Below are positions 1-8,901 of a stretch of 64,000 bases of DNA, piece after piece (position 1 is the stretch's first letter; each line of letters starts with the position of its first letter). The stretch covers positions 64,001 to 128,000 of the forward strand of contig JAWAWX010000001.1 of assembly GCA_038897215.1 (NCBI GenBank), read 5' to 3'. Both the position numbers and the translations under genes were made by a program. Origin of the DNA: Acidilobaceae archaeon. Lineage in GTDB: Archaea > Thermoproteota > Thermoprotei_A > Sulfolobales > Acidilobaceae. The notes under the pieces are model-generated. The model was not told where the DNA came from and did no database searches. It worked only from the letters and a program-made list of their open reading frames with translations.

Positions 1-95
1 CCTACTACAGGATCGCTCTCCATGGCGGCCCTGCTCGCGATAGAGCTCTCCTCGTGGCTAGACTTGTTTCAGCATGCGGGGGCGCGAGTCGTTGA
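1..95 (+). CDS. 3' end of a hypothetical gene truncated by the window edge
   Basis: Open frame YYRIALHGGPARDRALLVARLVSACGGASR* whose TGA (93-95) overlaps the TTG of the next gene (TTGA). Confidence 0.45.
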   Translation, partial: YYRIALHGGPARDRALLVARLVSACGGASR

Positions 96-391
96 AGTTA
101 AGGAAGAGAGAGATAGCAGCAATACTGAAGTTAGTAGAGCGGTTTGGTGTAGCGAGTAGAGTGAATATAGGTCTAGCTATCGGCCTGCTCGAGGAAGAGG
201 TTTGTATGAATAAGAAAACAGCTAGGAACACTATCAAGAGATTAGCCAAGTTTGGCTTCGTGCACGTCCTCAGAGACGACGAGGAGATCCTAGTCGAGAT
301 AGAGGACCCTCTGCGAGTTTTGAAGAGGTATGTAGATGAGTATCTGGAGAAGAGGCTGAAGAGATGCAGAAAGCCGTCGGCGAAGACTTGA
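92..391 (+). CDS. Small winged-helix domain hypothetical protein
   Basis: MNKKTARNTIKRLAKFGFVHV helix-wing pattern. TTG at 92 is preferred over ATG at 74 because of the TTGA overlap with the upstream stop. Confidence 0.6.
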   Translation: MKLRKREIAAILKLVERFGVASRVNIGLAIGLLEEEVCMNKKTARNTIKRLAKFGFVHVLRDDEEILVEIEDPLRVLKRYVDEYLEKRLKRCRKPSAKT

Positions 392-569
392 GTAGCTGTG
401 TTCAAGCCGCGACCCTAGCCTCACTACTAGCTCTCTAGACGTACCGCTTAAAGCGAGTAGAGGTGGAGAGCAGAGACTAGCCTAGGCTATAGCTCGCTCT
501 ACCTTACTCCAATAGCTGGATGGAGAGAGTAGAAGCGTGACTACCTCGAGGAAGGCGCGAGAGGTTGCT

Positions 570-1058
570 TCACTGCTCGTTTATAGTGTTCGCTAGGTTG
601 TTTAAGGCCTTGTTGAAGCTAGCTGTGATTGATAGAATCACCGCATAGCCTAAGACTCGCGGGTCCGCGGTCGCATCTCTCTCACTCCATCCCAGCAGGT
701 CGGATATCACTGCTACATCGCTCTCAGAGAGTCTCCCAACCCCCTTCACAGCATCCATGGCGTTCTTCAGGATCCTCGCTAGATTCTGCCAGCCTAGAGC
801 ATCTACTACCTCGAATATGTCGAGAAGAGGGTAGTCTACGATCTTCATTGCTTCGCTGTAGAGAGGGCTCTTGACAGACTCGAGGATCGAGTCTAGAGCT
901 CTAGCAGCCACATCTACGAGTTCTAGCCGCTTGTCGAGCGATGAGACTCTAGAAGCCATGTACGTGTTGAATGCGAAGACCTCGACATCACTGCTCCACT
1001 CGAGAGCTATACCGCTCTCTACTCCAGCTCTCTCAAGGGGTGAAGTCTCGAGAGCCAC
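570..1058 (-). CDS. Hypothetical alpha-helical protein
   Basis: 162 aa ORF with typical codon usage and a GGTG SD before GTG. No recognisable motif. Confidence 0.65.
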   Translation of the reverse strand: MALETSPLERAGVESGIALEWSSDVEVFAFNTYMASRVSSLDKRLELVDVAARALDSILESVKSPLYSEAMKIVDYPLLDIFEVVDALGWQNLARILKNAMDAVKGVGRLSESDVAVISDLLGWSERDATADPRVLGYAVILSITASFNKALNNLANTINEQ

Positions 1059-1227
1059 GAAGAAGCACCATCACAGAACAGAGCAGTGAAGAGGGGAGTA
1101 AATGGGTGATCGCGCGTGAGACAAGCTTCCCCCCTTATTAGCTCCGGGCTCGCTCACTCCCCGCTATGCCTTAGCACTGTTTAAGCTTTAAGCTACGGAG
1201 TAGAAGCCGGTGTAGAGGTGTCTGTGT

Positions 1228-1608
1228 GTGAGAAAAGTCGTAGAGGTAGACCTCGGTAAATACAAGAGTCTAGAGCTGACAGTCGATGAGGCTGAGAAGC
1301 TACTGAAAGAAGTGTCCTCTATTCTAGGAGGAGAGTCTCAAGACTTAGAGGAGACGTACAGAATCCTCAGGAACTACGATGCGTTCTACGAGCTAGCTAA
1401 GAAGAAGTACAAAGACTACCTGGTCCCCTCGAAGAGCTTGAACGATATGATTAAAGGCACAGTGATAGTGGATAGAGTCAAGCTAGTAAAAGAGGGAGAC
1501 GTGAGGAAGGTCGTGCTAACTTTCGATAGACGCGTGAAAGAAGAGGTAATAGTGGCGGCTCTCCAGAAGCTAGGCTACTCGGTAGAGGTCGTGAAGCTGA
1601 GCAAGTAA
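1228..1608 (+). CDS. Hypothetical protein upstream of the rpo13-like gene
   Basis: 126 aa ORF, GAGGTG SD, charged composition typical of thermophile proteins. Confidence 0.75.
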   Translation: MRKVVEVDLGKYKSLELTVDEAEKLLKEVSSILGGESQDLEETYRILRNYDAFYELAKKKYKDYLVPSKSLNDMIKGTVIVDRVKLVKEGDVRKVVLTFDRRVKEEVIVAALQKLGYSVEVVKLSK

Positions 1609-1648
1609 TGCTTCGAGAAGCTAGTAGCTATCCCGAGGGGTTCACGGG

Positions 1649-2071
1649 ATGAGCGAGATAGAGGAGAGGATTGAGGGGGCTCCAGAAGAGGAGAGAAAAG
1701 AGGTTCTCCCAACGGCTGACGAAGAGAGCATAGTGCCAGAGGTGGGGGTAGAAGCATCTCAACTCGAGGAAGTCATAGTCTACGATGTGACCAAACCGGA
1801 GCTCCTAGAAGTGATGATAACAGCTTCAGACATACTGGAGAAAGCCGTAGCAGGAGCAATAAGTCTCGAGGAGGCTCGAAAACTATACGCTAAAAACGTC
1901 TTAGAGCCCATGAAGAAGCTCGTGGGAGAGCGCGTCATAGTCAAGGCCAAGAAGAGAGCTAGAAGAGTGAAAGCCGAAGTGAAAGCCGAGAAGCCCAAGA
2001 AAGCTAAGAAGAAGAAAACGAGCAAGAAAGCTAAGAAGAAGACCGGTAAGAAGGCTAAGACGGAAGGATAG
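1649..2071 (+). CDS. rpo13: RNA polymerase subunit Rpo13-like protein
   Basis: Acidic N-terminus, helical core ELLEVMITASDILEKAVAGAISLEEARKLY resembling the Sulfolobus Rpo13 core, very Lys-rich C-terminal tail. Confidence 0.7.
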   Translation: MSEIEERIEGAPEEERKEVLPTADEESIVPEVGVEASQLEEVIVYDVTKPELLEVMITASDILEKAVAGAISLEEARKLYAKNVLEPMKKLVGERVIVKAKKRARRVKAEVKAEKPKKAKKKKTSKKAKKKTGKKAKTEG

Positions 2072-2075
2072 AGTT

Positions 2076-3527
2076 ATGGTTTTAGAGAAGCTGAGAGAGT
2101 TCGGTCAAAGCCTAGCCCCTGAGTGGGGCTCCGGGGGGTTATTCGGGCTAAAGTACCATAAGGGCGTTCTCTACTTCACTCTAGCTTTCGAAGGCAAGGC
2201 TTTCTTCCTATCAAGTGATAGAGAACTCGTCTACGACTTCGAGCTAGTAGGCTCAGGCTTGAGCTCTGGAGGCGATACCTACAACGCTGTAGACGTTAGA
2301 GACGATGAGATATTCTTCGGAGGCTGGGTCCACAAGCCTGTTAAGTGGCTCGAGAGAAGCGGGAGGAGAGTAATAGACTTCTCGAATAAGTATAGTCACG
2401 TGCACGTCTTCAATACCAAAGAGTGGAGTGTGAGCCTGCTCTGGAGCGAGACTCTAAGAGACCCCGATAGGTGGTGTGGAGAAGTCACAGACCTTGTATA
2501 CAACCCGGTGAGAGACTCTCTCCTCGTAGCTAGAGGCGACGGCTTCGAGAATCTCGGAGTCTACGAGCTCAACCTCTCGACTAGGAGAATGCATAGAGTG
2601 TCTGAGAGCACGGCCGTAAAGGGGTCCATTGTTGGTGACAACGTGTGCTTCGATATCAGCGGAGAGCTGGAGGAAGGCGTTATCGGCATCCAATGCTTTG
2701 ATGTCTACAGCTTGCGTAAGAGCTTTGAAATCAAACTCGAGGATATAGCTAAAATATCCATCGATGGGGGTGGAGCGAGACGCAGAGGCTCGGGCTACGC
2801 TATCTCAGCCTACTCTCGCTACCTCCACTTAGTGAGAGGCGGAGTGCTCATCGTAACCCCCGAGGCCGAGGAGGTGTACTTCATCCGCCTCCTAGACTTC
2901 GGGAATGCGGCGTACACTCAGCCCACGCCCCAGAGGTCCAACGCTGTAATCGTGGGGGGAGGAGTGCTAGCCCCCTTCAGCTCTTACTCGCACTCCGACG
3001 CCTCCCACCCCCTCCCCTCTCTAGCCCCCTCTCTACTCGTCTACCTAGCCCCGCCATCAGCCAGGATCGCTAGAGCTCTCGGAGCCAGGGTCACGTCGGC
3101 GACTAAGTTTGAGTCAGGAGTCCTCCTAGGCTACACGACACACCCGAACACTATGGGTCCCCAGGCTACTCTAGTCGAGTCGGGCAAGCGTGGCTTCACT
3201 CTAGTGCCCGAAGACTCTCTGCTAACTGGAGTAGCGAGCCCTCTCGTCATGCGCTTCAGAGGCGTAGACGTCGGCAGAGAGCACTTCGGAGGAGTGCCTC
3301 TACTCGGCTACAAGAAGAGGAGCCTCAGAGTAGTCGCTGGCAAGCTGAACAAGCTGACAGTATACGAGTACGACGCCGGGATACCGCCTCAACTAATCTC
3401 GGTAGAGTCTTACGCTGTGAAGAGTGGGGAGAGAGAAGAGATAGACTTGAGCGGCTTCAGCCCCATAGTCTCATTCAAGCTAGAAGAGGAAGACCCGAAG
3501 CTCTCGATCTACGTGAGCCTTGAGTAG
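2076..3527 (+). CDS. DUF2139-like conserved archaeal protein (probably beta-rich/propeller)
   Basis: Motifs PEWGSGGLFGL, YFTLAFEG, SGGDTYNAV, FFGGWVH, NKYSHVH. Confidence 0.75.
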   Translation: MVLEKLREFGQSLAPEWGSGGLFGLKYHKGVLYFTLAFEGKAFFLSSDRELVYDFELVGSGLSSGGDTYNAVDVRDDEIFFGGWVHKPVKWLERSGRRVIDFSNKYSHVHVFNTKEWSVSLLWSETLRDPDRWCGEVTDLVYNPVRDSLLVARGDGFENLGVYELNLSTRRMHRVSESTAVKGSIVGDNVCFDISGELEEGVIGIQCFDVYSLRKSFEIKLEDIAKISIDGGGARRRGSGYAISAYSRYLHLVRGGVLIVTPEAEEVYFIRLLDFGNAAYTQPTPQRSNAVIVGGGVLAPFSSYSHSDASHPLPSLAPSLLVYLAPPSARIARALGARVTSATKFESGVLLGYTTHPNTMGPQATLVESGKRGFTLVPEDSLLTGVASPLVMRFRGVDVGREHFGGVPLLGYKKRSLRVVAGKLNKLTVYEYDAGIPPQLISVESYAVKSGEREEIDLSGFSPIVSFKLEEEDPKLSIYVSLE

Positions 3528-3625
3528 CCTCTACTCTAGAGCGAGGAGCTTGAAGACTCTCGGCTAGCATGAGTTAAAGCAAACCTATAACCTCTAATGT
3601 CTCTTAGAGCGAGAGGGGTCGATTT

Positions 3626-4246
3626 ATGGCTCAGCTGGAGGACTTCTTGAAGGCCACAGTGCTCGGCCTGAAGGTCAGAGAGGGAGTGGTTCTAGCTACC
3701 GATAGGAGGCTGACTCTCGGAGACTTCGTGATAAGCCGTAACGCCACCAAAGTCTTCCTACTCAAGGACAGAGTAGCGGTAGCCTTTGCCGGGCTCTATG
3801 GAGACATAGCTGGGCTCGTCAGGATTCTGGATTCCGAGGTGAGAGCCTACGAGACCATAGCCGGCTCTCCCCTTTCCATAAAGGCTATAGCTAAGAGGCT
3901 CTCGACGCTCCTCTACTCCTACAAGATGTTCCCCTTCGTGATCGAAGCAGTCGTAGGAGGCGTGGAGAGAACGGGAGAGCCTAGACTGTACTCGCTGGAT
4001 TCTCTAGGCTCTCTCCTAGAGGAGGAGTACGTGGCGGTCGGCTCTGGAGCAGCTACAGCACTAGGGCTCCTCGAGAGAGAGTATAGGAGCGATGTGAGCA
4101 TAGAGGAGGCAGAGAAGCTAGCGATCTCCGCTGTCAGAGCAGCCATAAGCCGCGACGTGGGTAGTGGAGATGGAATCGATGTAGTCAGCATAACCCCGAG
4201 CGGGGTTAGGAGGAGAAGCCTGTTCTTGAGGCTAGTAGAGTCGTGA
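3626..4246 (+). CDS. psmB: 20S proteasome beta subunit (probably the non-catalytic paralog)
   Basis: GVVLATDRR, AGLYGD, GSG and RDVGSGDGIDV motifs. Lacks the G-TTT autocleavage motif (KATVLG). Confidence 0.93.
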   Translation: MAQLEDFLKATVLGLKVREGVVLATDRRLTLGDFVISRNATKVFLLKDRVAVAFAGLYGDIAGLVRILDSEVRAYETIAGSPLSIKAIAKRLSTLLYSYKMFPFVIEAVVGGVERTGEPRLYSLDSLGSLLEEEYVAVGSGAATALGLLEREYRSDVSIEEAEKLAISAVRAAISRDVGSGDGIDVVSITPSGVRRRSLFLRLVES

Positions 4247-4971
4247 GCTACTGCAAAGACCCTGCTTTCAAGTTCAGCCAAGATGTGGCTTCGAGAAGCC
4301 AGAAGCTCCTATCTTCTAAGCTTCTTCTAGAAGACCGCTTAGACAGCTTGAGAGTCGTAGCCGGGCTCGACGTATCCTACGCTAGGCTCGGAGACGTGGA
4401 GCTCGGCGTAGGAGTAGTCTCGCTTGTAGAGTGGAGCAACATGAAGCCTATTTCCAGTTTCTACACGATAAAGCCTATCTGCGTGCCATACATCCCGGGG
4501 CTCCTGGCGTTCAGAGAGATGGAGGTGCTAGCTCCTCTCGTCTCAAGAGTCGTGGACGAGGTCGACTTAATAGTAGTCGACGGCCACGGCATAGCTCACC
4601 CGAGGTACTTCGGGATAGCTTCACACATAGGTCTAGCGTTCGACAAGCCAAGCGTGGGCGTGGCTAAACACAAGCTGGTGGGAGTAGTCACTGTGGACAG
4701 CGGGAGGAAGGTAGTGATCCACGGTGGCAGGATCGTAGCCGAGGTCGTAGAGAGCGGGGGGAGAGAGCTCTACGTAAGCCCCGGCCATAGGGTATCGCTA
4801 GAGACAGCGGTAGCTCTAGTCTCCAGGATGATTCTCCGACCCGGAGAGCTCCCCGAGCCGACGCGTCTAGCCGACGTTATCTCAAAGAAAATCAAAGCTG
4901 AGATTCTGAAGAAGCAGAGACTCGACTCAGCGCTCTACGGTAGGGTTTTCGAGCTCAAGCCTCTCTATTAA
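4243..4971 (+). CDS. nfi: Endonuclease V
   Basis: VAGLDVSY, PYIPGLLAFRE, DGHGIAHPR, GVAK, YVSPGH, LPEPTRLAD. Confidence 0.95.
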   Translation: MSYCKDPAFKFSQDVASRSQKLLSSKLLLEDRLDSLRVVAGLDVSYARLGDVELGVGVVSLVEWSNMKPISSFYTIKPICVPYIPGLLAFREMEVLAPLVSRVVDEVDLIVVDGHGIAHPRYFGIASHIGLAFDKPSVGVAKHKLVGVVTVDSGRKVVIHGGRIVAEVVESGGRELYVSPGHRVSLETAVALVSRMILRPGELPEPTRLADVISKKIKAEILKKQRLDSALYGRVFELKPLY

Positions 4972-5088
4972 ATGCAATAGCTCTATATACTTTAAGAGGA
5001 GAGCTATATAGACTTCTTGGCGGCTTCTCTATTCATTACTGGAAGATATAATAGGGAAAGTAGGTCAGCTCTAGCCCGGCGACTGGTC

Positions 5089-6234
5089 GTGGATAAGAGA
5101 GTAATTGTAGCCTCTATAGTTCTATTGTTACTCCTAGGCGGGCTTGTCGGCGTTCTCCTGCTAAGAGAAGAGACAACCGGCGAGGAGGAAGGCGATACTG
5201 GCGAGCAAGATAGGGGGATAAACTGTGGGGTAGCTCGAGTCACGCTAGTAGGTGCTGGAGCCTCGTTCCTCCACCCCCAGGTAGACTTGTGGGCTAGAGA
5301 GTTCTCCAAGGTGTGCCCCAACGTGAGGATAGACTATTCTCCAATAGGGAGTGGAGCTGGGCAACGACAGTTCCTCGAGAAGGTTGTGGACTTCGCTGGA
5401 ACAGATCCGCCTCTCGTAGGCGACATATTTGAGAGAGCTCGCGCTGACCCCAGGGGGCTCATCCAGATTCCCGTAGTAGTGGGTGCTGTGGTAGTAGTCT
5501 ACAATATACCGGAGCTGGGCGGCGCTAAGCTCAGGCTGACGGGCGAGGTCATAGCTCTCATCTACCTAGGCGAGATCGAGTACTGGGACGACCCCAGGAT
5601 CGCGGCTCTCAACCCCGGCCTCAGGCTCCCGAACAAGCCCATAATAGCCGTCCACAGATCTGATGCGAGCGGCACCACGAACATATTCACGCAGTTCCTC
5701 TTCAAATCATCTGGAGGAATATGGCCGAGAGAGCTCGTAGGGCTTGCGGTGAACTGGCCTGTGGCAGAGAAGGGGAGAGCTCTGGGAGGTAAGGGGAACG
5801 CTGGAGTAGCCGAGATAGTGGCTAGAACCCCCTACTCTATAGGCTACCTCGAGTATTCTCACGCAGTCCTAGCTGGGCTACCCTGGGCTCTGATAAGGAA
5901 TAGAGATGGGGTCTTTGTCGATGCTACTCCAGAGACTATAGCGGCGGCAGCGGCTGGCGCGTACGCCTTCTTCCCAGTGCATCACGACGGAGACTTCTCG
6001 AGAGCGTGGAGCGAGGTGATCTTCGCCCCCGGCAGGAACGCCTACCCGATAGCCTCATTCTCGTTCCTCATATTCTACAGAACGTACCCAGCGGAGAAAA
6101 TCGATGCTATCAAAGCGTTCATCCAGTGGATTATGACAGAGGGCTCTAAGCACATGGTCCAAGGCTATGTGGCTATGCCGCAAGAGGTGAGAGAGTATAA
6201 TTTAAGAGCTGTTGAGCTAATCAGGTCGAGCTAG
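5089..6234 (+). CDS. pstS: Phosphate ABC transporter substrate-binding protein
   Basis: GAGASF, GSGAG, DFAGTD, RSDASGTT motifs and an N-terminal membrane anchor. GTG at 5089 chosen as start. Confidence 0.95.
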   Translation: MDKRVIVASIVLLLLLGGLVGVLLLREETTGEEEGDTGEQDRGINCGVARVTLVGAGASFLHPQVDLWAREFSKVCPNVRIDYSPIGSGAGQRQFLEKVVDFAGTDPPLVGDIFERARADPRGLIQIPVVVGAVVVVYNIPELGGAKLRLTGEVIALIYLGEIEYWDDPRIAALNPGLRLPNKPIIAVHRSDASGTTNIFTQFLFKSSGGIWPRELVGLAVNWPVAEKGRALGGKGNAGVAEIVARTPYSIGYLEYSHAVLAGLPWALIRNRDGVFVDATPETIAAAAAGAYAFFPVHHDGDFSRAWSEVIFAPGRNAYPIASFSFLIFYRTYPAEKIDAIKAFIQWIMTEGSKHMVQGYVAMPQEVREYNLRAVELIRSS

Positions 6235-6240
6235 GCGGTA

Positions 6241-7242
6241 GTGTTGAGCGAGGCTTTGCGCAAAAGGCTTCCACTCTCACACTTACCCTTACACGATAAG
6301 ATCTTCTTCCTCACATTCTCGGCTCCTGTTATCATAGTCTCTAGCGTGCTCTTCCTGCTATTCATGGTGTTGCTACTCGAGAGCATCCCCGTGCTGAGAA
6401 TTCAGGGTATCTCCACCTACATATCCACAACGTGGAGGCCCTCTATAGAGCCTCCTCCCTCAGTTGGCTTCTTCGAGATCTACTTCACGGCACCCCCGGG
6501 AGCTAGTGCTTGGTACGGGTTGCTGCCAGCTATAGCTGGCACCTTCATTACTTCTCTGGTAGCCATCATGGTCTCTCTGCCGCTCTCCATATCGCTAGTC
6601 GTGTTCATGGAGGAGATTCTCCCTAAGGGGCTCAAGGAACCGGTGGCTCTAGTAGTGGACTTGATGGCGGGAATGCCGACGATCCTCTTCGGAGTCTGGG
6701 GGCTCAGCGTCCTAGGGCCCTTCCTGGCTAGGCATGTGGCTCCCCTCCTCCACGACTACCTAGGCTTCCTGCCTCTATTCTCCTGTGCTCCTCTCACCGG
6801 CTACAACGCTCTGACAGCTGGGATTCTCCTCGGCATAATGATACTGCCTTTCATGACAGCCATCATTCAAGAGTCGTACAGATCCATACCCTACACTTAC
6901 AGAGAAGCGGCTTGGAGCATAGGCTTGACTCGCTTCGAGTACGTTAGCTTGAACATGTCGATGATATCGCCAGCCATAGTCTCAGCGGTGTTGCTCGGTC
7001 TCGGGAGGGCTATGAGTGAGACAGCTGCAGTAGCTCTGGTAGTAGGGAACGTCCACAATCTAACAACATGCGTTCTAAGCCCTATGTTCACTGTGACCTC
7101 TCTCATAGCAAACAAGTTCGCTGAAGCCGCGCTATACCCCTATCTCTCCAACGCTCTCTTCGCTGGCGGCTTCCTGCTACTAGCTTTCGGCCTGGTGATA
7201 AACACAGCAGGGCTTCTCTACATGAGGAAAGTCAGGTTCTAG
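6241..7242 (+). CDS. pstC: Phosphate ABC transporter permease
   Basis: DLMAGMPTILFGVWG, EAA loop, LGRAMSETAAV. Confidence 0.93.
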   Translation: MLSEALRKRLPLSHLPLHDKIFFLTFSAPVIIVSSVLFLLFMVLLLESIPVLRIQGISTYISTTWRPSIEPPPSVGFFEIYFTAPPGASAWYGLLPAIAGTFITSLVAIMVSLPLSISLVVFMEEILPKGLKEPVALVVDLMAGMPTILFGVWGLSVLGPFLARHVAPLLHDYLGFLPLFSCAPLTGYNALTAGILLGIMILPFMTAIIQESYRSIPYTYREAAWSIGLTRFEYVSLNMSMISPAIVSAVLLGLGRAMSETAAVALVVGNVHNLTTCVLSPMFTVTSLIANKFAEAALYPYLSNALFAGGFLLLAFGLVINTAGLLYMRKVRF

Positions 7243-7252
7243 GTGGTGCCGC

Positions 7253-8095
7253 GTGGATAGGCGGAAGCTAGTCGATAAAGTCTTCGTAATCGTCGTCTGC
7301 CTGCTAGCGGTGACCGCTCTAGCGCCAGTGTTCCACATAATCTTCTACATAACCTACAGAGGCCTACCGGTCATACTAGAGAGTGGGCTAGAGTTCTTCA
7401 CGTCGATACCGGCTCCGGTAGTCTCCCCCAAGCCCGGCGGGATAGCCCCGGCTCTAGTGGGGACTATCCTGATGTCAGCTCTAGCCACGGTCATAGCGGT
7501 CCCCCTCTCGGTAGCGGCGGCGGTATTCGCCACAGAGTTTCCTAACAGCTCGCTAGCCAGGTCTGTTAGAGCTACAGCCAGGTCGCTCATAGAGATACCA
7601 ACGATACTGATAGGGATGCTAGTCTTCGTCCTCCTAGTAGTCCCCCTGGGGCAGTACACGGGCCTCGCGGGAGCCATGGCTCTAGCTATAGTCATGGTGC
7701 CCTACGTCTACACCTACACTGAGCAAGCTCTCCAGCAGGTGCCGAGAACCTACATCGAAGCAGGGTACAGCATAGGACTCAAGAGGCTCCAGGTAGTCTC
7801 GATAGTCTCTATGAGGATTGCCGCTAGAGGAGTCGCTAGAGGGGTAACAATAGGGATCTCTAAGGCTGTAGGCGAGACAGCTCCGCTGATCTTCACAGTA
7901 CTGGGTATCAGGAGCGCTGTAAACTTCAACCCGCTAGAGCCCATGGATGCAGTGCCTCTTCTGATCTTCCAGTTCATCCAAACCCCCTTCGTCAACTGGC
8001 AGAAGCTAGCCTGGGGCGCGGCGTTCACTCTGCTAGTCATGTATCTTGCGATCTTCATAGTGTCCAGGATCCTGATTAGAGAGGTTAGGCGCTAG
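7253..8095 (+). CDS. pstA: Phosphate ABC transporter permease
   Basis: GGIAPALVGT, KAVGETAPL, AWGAA. Confidence 0.93.
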   Translation: MDRRKLVDKVFVIVVCLLAVTALAPVFHIIFYITYRGLPVILESGLEFFTSIPAPVVSPKPGGIAPALVGTILMSALATVIAVPLSVAAAVFATEFPNSSLARSVRATARSLIEIPTILIGMLVFVLLVVPLGQYTGLAGAMALAIVMVPYVYTYTEQALQQVPRTYIEAGYSIGLKRLQVVSIVSMRIAARGVARGVTIGISKAVGETAPLIFTVLGIRSAVNFNPLEPMDAVPLLIFQFIQTPFVNWQKLAWGAAFTLLVMYLAIFIVSRILIREVRR

Positions 8096-8115
8096 TAGGG
8101 GGAGCCTCGGGGGCT

Positions 8116-8823
8116 CTACGCTACTCCAGGCTGGCTCCTGCAGGCTTCTCGCGCTAGGTCGGAGCTACTCCTAAGGCCTCCCGAGAAGCTCTCTCTAACG
8201 GGGTACCGTAGGACTTCTGGGCGGTAGCCTAGTCTCCTCGACGCTTCTAGAGCCAGCTCCTCTTCGTCGAAAGCCTGGTCTGGGCCTAGGAGTATCACGT
8301 GCGGCCTTATGTCTTCAACTGGTTTGAGCATGTCTCTCTCATCGCCTAAGACTGCTCTATACACGTACCTGATAGACGCCACTATCTTCAGCCTAGACTC
8401 CTCGTCTAGAACAGGTCTCCTGCCCTTCAGCCTGACTACTGTGGAGTCTCTAGCCACTATCGCGTAGACCTTCCCTAGAGTAGACGCGTACCTCAACAGC
8501 TCCACGTGCCCCGGGTGGATCAAGTCGAAGGTGCCGCCGACGACTACTCTCCTCTCCTCGCTAGACACGGATGGCCAGCGGGGCTCCAGGACTCCCAGGT
8601 ACTTCAGCGCGTCGAGAAGCCCCTCAGCGTAGGACGCGGCCGCTAGAGCTGTCTCGTGGTCTCCCAGGTCTAGATAGTACTGAGCGTCTCTCACGTACCT
8701 CTCTACAGCATCCAGTAATCTCTCGAGGTCTGCTTTGCCGAGAGTTCTCCCAGCCGCTTCGCTCAGCTCTAGAGTCTTGAGTGCTTCTAGCACATTGCGG
8801 ATATACTTCTCGGCTCTCCTCAA
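8116..8823 (-). CDS. ribL: DUF357 domain fused to archaeal FAD synthetase-like (RibL) nucleotidyltransferase
   Basis: N-terminal YVRDAQYYL...ALAAASYAEGLLDA (DUF357). C-terminal GGTFDLIHPGH, ARD, LGPDQ, SSS. Confidence 0.8.
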   Translation of the reverse strand: MRRAEKYIRNVLEALKTLELSEAAGRTLGKADLERLLDAVERYVRDAQYYLDLGDHETALAAASYAEGLLDALKYLGVLEPRWPSVSSEERRVVVGGTFDLIHPGHVELLRYASTLGKVYAIVARDSTVVRLKGRRPVLDEESRLKIVASIRYVYRAVLGDERDMLKPVEDIRPHVILLGPDQAFDEEELALEASRRLGYRPEVLRYPVRESFSGGLRSSSDLAREACRSQPGVA

Positions 8824-8901
8824 AGCCCTACCCCGCTTCCCCGCAGGCTAGGATAAGGATTAAACTCTTTGAGCACGCTCTCCTCCCAGGGACCTCCCGC
8901 T

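Noticed and set aside
1940-2071. AAG-rich low-complexity repeat
   Set aside because: Explained by the Lys-rich tail of the Rpo13-like protein.
3520-3575. TTGAAGA-12 nt-ATGA resembling a C'/D pair
   Set aside because: The upstream C and D' boxes are too degenerate and there is no terminal stem.
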